64,000 nucleotides of DNA from Candidatus Cloacimonadales bacterium (GTDB taxonomy: Bacteria; Cloacimonadota; Cloacimonadia; Cloacimonadales; JAFGVF01), in NCBI GenBank assembly GCA_963663475.2, contig CAXXJV010000001.1, positions 544,001 to 608,000 on the forward strand. Direction: 5' to 3'. Every line of letters starts with the position of its first letter. Position 1 is the stretch's first letter. A model generated the notes under the pieces. That model saw nothing but the letters and a program-made list of their open reading frames with translations, ran no database searches and had not been told where the DNA came from. Positions 21,993 to 29,037 of this stretch are shown here, piece by piece. Position numbers and translations under genes: made by a program.

Positions 21993-24402
21993 TTAATGTA
22001 AGCTGCACATTATCTTCATCTTCATAATTAATTACAGTTCCTTGAAGTGAAAAATCAAGTTCAGTATTTAAAGCATCATACATATTTGATACTGCTTCTA
22101 AGTCAATATGAGAAGAAGTCTCATTTGTATTTAATTTATATATTATGTCAAAAGGAGTGCTAATAATTCTATCCTCTGACATACTACTAATATCATTAAT
22201 ACTGGTGAAACTATATTGGGCATCCAAGCTGGAAAATGTTGGAATCATAGTTGCACGAGTGGCCAGTTCAAATTCAGTAACTTCTCTGTACTCATATGGT
22301 CCACTACTTTTCCATCCTTCATTGTTATTCATACTCTCAGCTGTGATTCTAATACTGGATCCAGAGATACAACTATAGACACCAGAATATAATATCAATC
22401 CTTTGTTATTTTCAAAACTATCCGAATTCGGAAGTTCCAATCCTGTTACACTATTCAAGAGATATTTCGTTGTTGCATCAGAATGAGGTTTCCAGTTATA
22501 ATGAACTTTGAACTGTGAGTACAATCTCAATATTTCATTAGATTGTACAAAATTATGTGATATATTATTGCTTAGACTGATACTGTTAACAACAATGTTA
22601 TTTTGAAAGTACGGATAGCCAGGTCTTGGGTTAACTCTAATTATATTATTAGAGCTATCTCTCAAGTCTGGATTTAGCACACCTGGGTGACTATTATTCC
22701 AGTTATCAACATAATAATCGTACTCAAACTGATTTAGATAGGAGAAAAAATAACTTGCTGCTTTATGTATTTGATATGGCACATTTAGTTGCTCATGATC
22801 AGGATGATTTCTAATCATTTGAGCAAAAGCATCTGTATCTAATAAGTAATTAATTTCATTTATTTGATCTAGCTTATTGTCAAACATTTTATTGACTTTT
22901 CTTCTAATTTGAGGTAATGTCCAACCAAAAATCTTTGGGAATGCATCAATAATATCTCCTTTATAATTAAGGAACCATGATCTCATATTTGATAGGGTTT
23001 TTATTAAGTTATCATCAAAGTATACACCTCTATTTGGAGAATCTATAAGTGTTAATTCCTCACAAAAGTGTTCAATATTATGATGTTCAGCCCATGCTAG
23101 AGCAAACCTAGACAACAAACCACCCTGAGAATATCCAATTAATTTAAGCTTCTTTCCATTTAGTTTATTCTCCTCGATTTCATAAATTTTTGGTAATGAC
23201 TTTGCTACAAACATGGCATTCAGTCTCATATCTATATATGTATTATGAGGAATTAGTATATACACTTTTTTCCCATTTAATTGATTTTCAAATAGTTCAA
23301 GGTTTTGGGCTATTTCAAGCAAATCCCTTTTTTCTTCAAACATTCCAAACCCATCAACATAAACAACCACTTCATCGTATTGTTCTTGGTCTGGAAATAA
23401 TTCGTATATATGCCCAATTATTTCTTCATTATCTTCATATATCCCACCTGGCTGAAGTTCACTTGAAAATGTTGTAATTTCAAAGTGTTCAGTTTCATGA
23501 TAAATAAAGTTAGGGTCATCATTATCCGGAGTATTATCAACCACCATCTGCAAGGTTACAATATCAGAATTAAAATTCTTATATGCAAAATACTCAGTTG
23601 GATTATCTGTATCATTATGAAATGATAATGAAAATTTCAAACCTCTGTAGAGAACAAAATCTTCTGTATTACTAAGTCTTTGCCCATCATATTGTAATAC
23701 ATACTCACGAGGAAAATTATCTATAGGGTTGGTAGAATGCCCCATAACCTCAGAACACAATTCTGCTTGATATGGTGTGCTAATATTATCAATAATATTA
23801 GAAAACGGATATATAGTGCTACTTTTGTGTGAACCTTGATACTTTTCAATAATAACTGAGGCATTATTATTACTATCTTCAATAATATATTGAGTGTGTG
23901 TATTATTATTGTGATTGCAATTAATCATATTGTTAGCTGGGCTTCCTGTAGTATTTTGATCACTTAAGAAGTCATTGATTAAAGACTCTAAGTTAGTCTG
24001 GACCAAAATTGAACTAAAGTAGTTCTGTATATTAATTTCTTCAGGATAGTAATCGTTTAATGTTGGGTCTTCATCCATTACTACATCATAACTAAAATAG
24101 CTTCCCAGGGAATCAATTTCAAAGTCAATGTATCCAATACTTACAGTGTTTAATCTACCGATTTGAGCATGAAAAACAGCTTGATCATTAGATTCTTCTT
24201 TAAATTGATAATCAATATCAAGATATATTTCTCTATCATTTGGATTTATTGGATAAAACATTTGTGAATAATCAGGAACATTAATGGAATTATTGAACTG
24301 AAGTAGATTATATGGTTCTGAGCTTAGTAATTCTTCATTATAAGCAGATGCTAAAATAATTGTGCAAAAAGAAACTAAAAATAATATTATTTTTTTTGAC
24401 AT
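21913..24402 (-). CDS. Large secreted protein with alpha/beta-hydrolase (lipase/PGAP1-like) domain; CTD out of frame
   Basis: Signal peptide; VVYVDGF; nucleophile elbow GYSQGG followed by LLSRFAL; DSPNRG. Confidence 0.75.
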   Translation of the reverse strand: MSKKIILFLVSFCTIILASAYNEELLSSEPYNLLQFNNSINVPDYSQMFYPINPNDREIYLDIDYQFKEESNDQAVFHAQIGRLNTVSIGYIDFEIDSLGSYFSYDVVMDEDPTLNDYYPEEINIQNYFSSILVQTNLESLINDFLSDQNTTGSPANNMINCNHNNNTHTQYIIEDSNNNASVIIEKYQGSHKSSTIYPFSNIIDNISTPYQAELCSEVMGHSTNPIDNFPREYVLQYDGQRLSNTEDFVLYRGLKFSLSFHNDTDNPTEYFAYKNFNSDIVTLQMVVDNTPDNDDPNFIYHETEHFEITTFSSELQPGGIYEDNEEIIGHIYELFPDQEQYDEVVVYVDGFGMFEEKRDLLEIAQNLELFENQLNGKKVYILIPHNTYIDMRLNAMFVAKSLPKIYEIEENKLNGKKLKLIGYSQGGLLSRFALAWAEHHNIEHFCEELTLIDSPNRGVYFDDNLIKTLSNMRSWFLNYKGDIIDAFPKIFGWTLPQIRRKVNKMFDNKLDQINEINYLLDTDAFAQMIRNHPDHEQLNVPYQIHKAASYFFSYLNQFEYDYYVDNWNNSHPGVLNPDLRDSSNNIIRVNPRPGYPYFQNNIVVNSISLSNNISHNFVQSNEILRLYSQFKVHYNWKPHSDATTKYLLNSVTGLELPNSDSFENNKGLILYSGVYSCISGSSIRITAESMNNNEGWKSSGPYEYREVTEFELATRATMIPTFSSLDAQYSFTSINDISSMSEDRIISTPFDIIYKLNTNETSSHIDLEAVSNMYDALNTELDFSLQGTVINYEDEDNVQLTLIRGYPVPSLFPKCKELSRANSISYYL

Positions 24403-24575
24403 ATTTTCTCCATAGTAAGTTACTTTAGATTAGGTTGATTTTTTATTAACATGAACTTCTAAATTCATCGATTACAAAATTTATTTTTTTTCGAGTAGAC
24501 TAGGATTTTTAAGCATGATACCATCAGATACACTTAAATCTTCTAAATAACTTATAGAGTAGTTTATTAAATATA

Positions 24576-24782
24576 TTAAGCATTATTAATCTCAATAATA
24601 TAGGTTTTATCGCCTACCTTAACATTTATTACATTGCTTTCAGTATCCTCATAAATGATAGTGTAATCCTGATTTTTTAAATCACTCCAAGTTATTGTAG
24701 GGAATTTCTGATAATTTCCTTGACTACAAAATAGATTCCAACTAAATATAACAATAAACATAATTAAATTGAACTTTTTCAT
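24576..24782 (-). CDS. Small secreted protein (68 aa)
   Basis: MKK plus hydrophobic signal peptide; AGGGGG RBS; first gene behind an ECF-type promoter. Confidence 0.7.
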   Translation of the reverse strand: MKKFNLIMFIVIFSWNLFCSQGNYQKFPTITWSDLKNQDYTIIYEDTESNVINVKVGDKTYIIEINNA

Positions 24783-24799
24783 AAGTCCCCCTAAAAATA

Positions 24800-24827
24800 T
24801 AGACGTTTTTAAGGACTGAAAATTTCC
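24800..24827 (-). promoter_or_regulatory. ECF-sigma-type promoter
   Basis: Minus strand GGAAAT-N16-CGTCTA, ending 17 nt before the ATG at 24782. Confidence 0.6.
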
Positions 24828-24877
24828 TAGTTTACCTTATTTTATTGGAATACATTGATTTATGGAGGTCTAGCGAT

Positions 24878-25834
24878 TTGTTAAATTATGATAAGTTGAG
24901 AGAATTAGCTAAAAGAGTTGCTCTTAAAAAAATTAGTGATTTAGATGAAGCAGAGAACATTGCTCAAGATGTGATGGTTAAGCTTTTAGATAATCTTGAT
25001 TCAGTTGACCATTCTAAGGTTGAGAACTGGCTGAAAAGAGTTACCTACAATCTTTGTATGGACTACTACAGGAAAAAGAAGAAGTCCATAGAGATAACGC
25101 AAAATAAAACTATTTTAGAGAACAACTCTATTCCTGAGAATATAAAGCTTGATTTTGATCTAGATTTTGATTCTTATCTTTTTTTGATGAATCGTGATAA
25201 GGAAAAAAAGATACTTAAAAAATTTCATTTGGATGGTATTCCTATACAAAAGATAGCCCAAATCTTTAAGCTTAAGCAATCGAAAGTTAAGAGTATTATT
25301 TATAGATTAACAAATGAAATTAAACTATTCCACTTGATTGACAATGAAACCCTTTTTTTTGAATTAGTACCCTCCACCAGATTAACCAAAAGAATTAATA
25401 ATTTTATCCTTAGGCTAAAATATGCTCTTGAAGCTAATGATCTAAACTGTATGAGGCGTTACTTAAAAAATGCTAAAATAAATGATATAAGTAAAATAAC
25501 CCACCTCCAACTGCAATCATGTCAAATTATGCTATTAGATAAGAGTATTAACAAATATGGATTAGTAATAGCTTTTTTTGATAATAAAAATGAGTTTAGA
25601 TTTTTTCAGTTAACATTTAAAATAACCAAAGCAAATAATATTGAAGTTATAGAATTCCCTATTTGGCCAGGAGAAGTAGTGGTTTTAGATACAATAAAGG
25701 TTAAATCTAGTACTGATCTTAATGAGTTCCGCGATAGGAATGGTGCTTACAATGAGAAACTTGGGACTATTGATACTCTTAAGAGAAAAGGATTAGCTAC
25801 AAAAATACAATATAGAGATACTTTTGAAGATTAG
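24878..25834 (+). CDS. ECF-type sigma-70 factor with ~170-aa C-terminal extension
   Basis: Region 2 motifs DEAENIAQDV and WLKRVTYNLCMDYYRK; region 4 HTH IQKIAQIFKLKQSKVKSIIYR; TTG start at 24878 after GGAGGT. Confidence 0.8.
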   Translation: MLNYDKLRELAKRVALKKISDLDEAENIAQDVMVKLLDNLDSVDHSKVENWLKRVTYNLCMDYYRKKKKSIEITQNKTILENNSIPENIKLDFDLDFDSYLFLMNRDKEKKILKKFHLDGIPIQKIAQIFKLKQSKVKSIIYRLTNEIKLFHLIDNETLFFELVPSTRLTKRINNFILRLKYALEANDLNCMRRYLKNAKINDISKITHLQLQSCQIMLLDKSINKYGLVIAFFDNKNEFRFFQLTFKITKANNIEVIEFPIWPGEVVVLDTIKVKSSTDLNEFRDRNGAYNEKLGTIDTLKRKGLATKIQYRDTFED

Positions 25835-26025
25835 GCGTCATGCTAATATATTTAATTACATTAAATACTTCAGGCTTTAGACAAACCTTTTAATATCGAA
25901 AATTACCCTATAATCCTTTAGATTGAGTATGAGCCAAACTGCTAGTTCAAAATCCAAGAGTTTTTCGTTAGTACCCTCGCTCTCATAAAGCTGGACTTAT
26001 GGAAATCGTAAACTGATACTATTAA

Positions 26026-26089
26026 GCCAAAATGTTGCAATAGCTTTAGAGAAGAGTGCTATTCTCAAAGAACTATTGCATTATTTGGG
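26026..26089 (+). repeat. Internally deleted family A hairpin
   Basis: GCCAAAATGTTGCAATAGCTTTAGAGAAGAGTGCTATTCTCAAAGAACTATTGCATTATTTGGG, flanked by TTAA on both sides. Confidence 0.75.
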
Positions 26090-26231
26090 TTAAAACCTGT
26101 AATTATTCTTTCACCTTTCCAAGCTTTAGCAGAGTTGGAAGAATGAGACAGAGATCAGATAGAATCTCCACAGTCTGTCTAAAGAAGCACTTTAGCACTT
26201 CTGTTGGAATCCCAGTACCTAGAATAATTAA

Positions 26232-26251
26232 AGCCCTGCATCCGCAGGGCT
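26232..26251. terminator. Hairpin terminator downstream of iscU
   Basis: AGCCCTGC-atcc-GCAGGGCT with A/T-rich flanks. Confidence 0.7.
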
Positions 26252-26272
26252 ATTTTATTGTTTATTAATGCA

Positions 26273-26893
26273 TTACATATTTATCTGTAAGTCTTTAATT
26301 TGATCATATTTTTCTAAGTGTTCACGAATTTCTTCAGCAACGTTATCTCTATATTTATCAAAAGATGGTATTTCTACGTCAATGATAGCGACACCATCAT
26401 CAAAGCCTACATATTTAACCATTTTTAGGGTAACGATATCCTCTCCGACTTGCGGGTAAATTACATGTTTAAGTTCATCTATAATTGTTTCCTTAGAGAA
26501 GTCTTCAACTTTTCTTAAACCATGAGCTATCTGGTAATTCTTGATAGCTTGATGAAGGGTATCAGCTGCTAAAACTGAACAGTGAGCTTTTGTAGGAGGT
26601 AAGCCATCTAATTCTTCCATAGCTTCACGCCAGGTTATTTCTAATGCTTGGTCAATAGTTTTCCCCATTGCCATATCTGTTATCATGGAACCAGTAGCGA
26701 TATTGGAAGCACAACCATAAGATTTGAATTTGATATCTTCAATTATCTGTGTTTCGTCATTAATCTTTAAGTAAACTGTTACTTGGTCTCCACAAGCAGG
26801 GGAACCTTCAGTTGCAACAGCGTCTGCATCTTTAATCTCACCCACATTGTGAGGCTTCATAAAATGGTCTAATACTTTTTGTGAATATTGCAT
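26273..26893 (-). CDS. iscU: Fe-S scaffold IscU/NifU-N fused to C-terminal DUF59 (MIP18/SufT-like) domain
   Basis: YSQKVLDHF, GSPACGD, YGCAS, KAHCS; C-terminal LKHVIYPQVGEDIVTLKMV. Confidence 0.88.
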   Translation of the reverse strand: MQYSQKVLDHFMKPHNVGEIKDADAVATEGSPACGDQVTVYLKINDETQIIEDIKFKSYGCASNIATGSMITDMAMGKTIDQALEITWREAMEELDGLPPTKAHCSVLAADTLHQAIKNYQIAHGLRKVEDFSKETIIDELKHVIYPQVGEDIVTLKMVKYVGFDDGVAIIDVEIPSFDKYRDNVAEEIREHLEKYDQIKDLQINM

Positions 26894-26911
26894 ATTTTCC
26901 TCTATATTTTT

Positions 26912-28093
26912 CTATTTATTTTCTTGATATAATGGACTTCTCTTTCTAAGTTCAATAACAATATCTTTTAGTTTATCAACAGTGATATCTAATTCTTCTT
27001 TAGTAGTATATTTACTTAGGGTGAATTTCATAGAGCCATGTGATTGCATATGATTTTTTCCCATTGCCATAAGAACATAACTTGGCTTAAGACCTTGAGA
27101 AGCACATGCAGAGCCAGTGGCTGCTGTAATTCCTTGTAAATCAAGCATCATTCCCATTGCTTCACCTTCTATATAGTCTATGGAAACATTGATATTATGG
27201 CAAGTTCTTCCCTGACCAGGTGCTCCATTAAGCTCAACATCAGGTATTTCCTCCATGAGTCTGTTAAGTAAATAATCGGATAGTTCTCTTAGTTTACTAG
27301 TTAAAGCGGGTAAATCAGCAAAAGTAATTTCAGCTGCTTTAGCAAAACCTGCAATTGCTCCTATATTGATTCCACCAGTTTCTAGGTTATCTACTCTATT
27401 GACACCATGAACTACTTGAGCAAGAGGAGTTTTACTTCTTTTATATAAGAAACCTACCCCTTGTGGACCATGTATTTTATGGGCAGAAACAGACATAGTA
27501 TCTATTGCTAGAGATTGCATATCCATAGGGAACTTACCATAAGCTTGACCAGCATCAACATGCATGAAAATTTTATGGTCTGCCTCTTTAAGAACTTGAG
27601 AATAGTCTGCAAGAGGTTGAATAGTACCAACTACATGATTTGCCCAAGTTGTAGAAAAGAGGATTGTATCTGGTCTTATAGCATCTTTTAATTTATCAGC
27701 AGAGACAAAACCATTTTCGTCAGGCTTTAAGTAAGTAACTTCAAAACCACTCTTTTCAAAGAAGGCATAATTAGTCAGAATGTCAGGATAATCAACAACA
27801 GAACATATTATATGAGTACCTTTTTGTGAGTTGGCCATAAGTAGGCCTTTGATAGCAATATTATTTGCAGACGTTCCTCCACGCGTGAAATGGATTTCAT
27901 CAGCCTTAGCTTGTATAGTATCAGCAAAAACTGCTTTGAAATTATCAAGTTTAGCATTAATCTCTTCACCAGCTGTAAAGAAATTAGCTGGGTACCAATA
28001 TTCATTCTCCCAATACTCTTTCATCACATCAAAGATTTGTGGATCAGGTTTTGTTGTTACACAGTTATCTAAGTAGATTCTCTTGTTTTCCAT
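26912..28093 (-). CDS. iscS: IscS/NifS-like cysteine desulfurase-family protein with atypical active-site residues
   Basis: IYLDN, HVDAGQ, SAHKIHGPQG (PLP Lys), GSACAS (Cys loop); lies between rrf2 and iscU. Confidence 0.85.
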   Translation of the reverse strand: MENKRIYLDNCVTTKPDPQIFDVMKEYWENEYWYPANFFTAGEEINAKLDNFKAVFADTIQAKADEIHFTRGGTSANNIAIKGLLMANSQKGTHIICSVVDYPDILTNYAFFEKSGFEVTYLKPDENGFVSADKLKDAIRPDTILFSTTWANHVVGTIQPLADYSQVLKEADHKIFMHVDAGQAYGKFPMDMQSLAIDTMSVSAHKIHGPQGVGFLYKRSKTPLAQVVHGVNRVDNLETGGINIGAIAGFAKAAEITFADLPALTSKLRELSDYLLNRLMEEIPDVELNGAPGQGRTCHNINVSIDYIEGEAMGMMLDLQGITAATGSACASQGLKPSYVLMAMGKNHMQSHGSMKFTLSKYTTKEELDITVDKLKDIVIELRKRSPLYQENK

Positions 28094-28095
28094 CC

Positions 28096-28512
28096 TCACT
28101 CCTTATCTATTCTTTTTTTTATATTTTCTAAGCTTATGGTGTTGAGATAGTCTTTGATATTACCATAAATCTCATGCCATAGATGTTTATATTGGCAGTT
28201 CTCTACTTGGCAATATTCTAGCTCAACTGAATTTCGTTCACAACTAACTTCATAAGGATGGTTTTCTACTATTTCCATGATATAACCTAAGGTGATTTCA
28301 TGGGCAGGAATCTTTAGGTAATAGCCACCTTTGGAACCAGAAACACTAGCTATAACAGACTTTTTTTTCAGCTTTCTAAAGAGTTGTTCTACATACTTCT
28401 TAGGCAGATTTTGCATTGTACAAATATCATTAATAGACCTTAGTGAATCTTTTGTCTCACTTAAGGTTACTAAAGCTCTTACCGAGTATTCTGTTTTAGT
28501 AGTTAACTGCAT
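28096..28512 (-). CDS. Rrf2-family regulator, IscR-like
   Basis: TTKTEYSVRAL, GSKGGYYL, three C-terminal Cys followed by HLW. Confidence 0.88.
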   Translation of the reverse strand: MQLTTKTEYSVRALVTLSETKDSLRSINDICTMQNLPKKYVEQLFRKLKKKSVIASVSGSKGGYYLKIPAHEITLGYIMEIVENHPYEVSCERNSVELEYCQVENCQYKHLWHEIYGNIKDYLNTISLENIKKRIDKE

Positions 28513-28533
28513 TTATTCATCCTTTTATTTAGT

Positions 28534-28558
28534 ATTATATACTAATTTAGTAGGAATT
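28534..28558. promoter_or_regulatory. Putative Rrf2 operator
   Basis: Imperfect palindrome ATTATATACTAATTTAGTAGGAATT just upstream of the rrf2 start. Confidence 0.45.
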
Positions 28559-28697
28559 ACTTTTTTGGCAAGTTTTTTTCGATATTTTTTTCTTATCTCA
28601 GTGTTTTAACAAAGCCAACTTCTCTGAGTTTTTGGTCTCTTTTTACAAATAGAGATGGCTAATAGATTTATTCAAACTCTAGCAAGATAGTATTTAC

Positions 28698-28858
28698 CCC
28701 AGATAGTGTAGTAGAGCTTTAGTGAAGAGTGCAGATTATTCTAGCAAAATAGCTTACAGAATTTTGACGCATATATTTTATATATTCGGAGAAATTATGG
28801 AAGCTACTTTTGCAGAAGAATATAGTGCTATTCACAAAGGTCTACTGCATTATTTGGG
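28698..28858 (+). repeat. Family A hairpin element (161 bp)
   Basis: Identical to 35388-35548; followed by TTTAA and the start of another arm (CCCAAGTAGTGGAGTAG). Confidence 0.92.
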
Positions 28859-28910
28859 TTTAACCCAAGTAGTGGAGTAGGATTTATTCAGGCTTGTACA
28901 TAAAAAAAAA

Positions 28911-29006
28911 TGCCAGGCTACCGGTTGCACACTCTAAGCACCCCTTAATGCTGCTTCATTCCTGACCTGACATGGTTCGAGGGTTAAAGTTGCACCGGAC
29001 CTGACA
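28911..29006 (-). ncRNA. ffs: Bacterial small signal recognition particle RNA (4.5S)
   Basis: Minus strand GAACCATGTCAGGTCAGGAATGAAGCAGCATTAAG (helix 8 core, GGAA tetraloop); paired ends TGTCAGG/CCTGGCA; followed by a T run. Confidence 0.9.
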
Positions 29007-29037
29007 AAAACCACTTTTCAAGATTAGCTCACTGATG

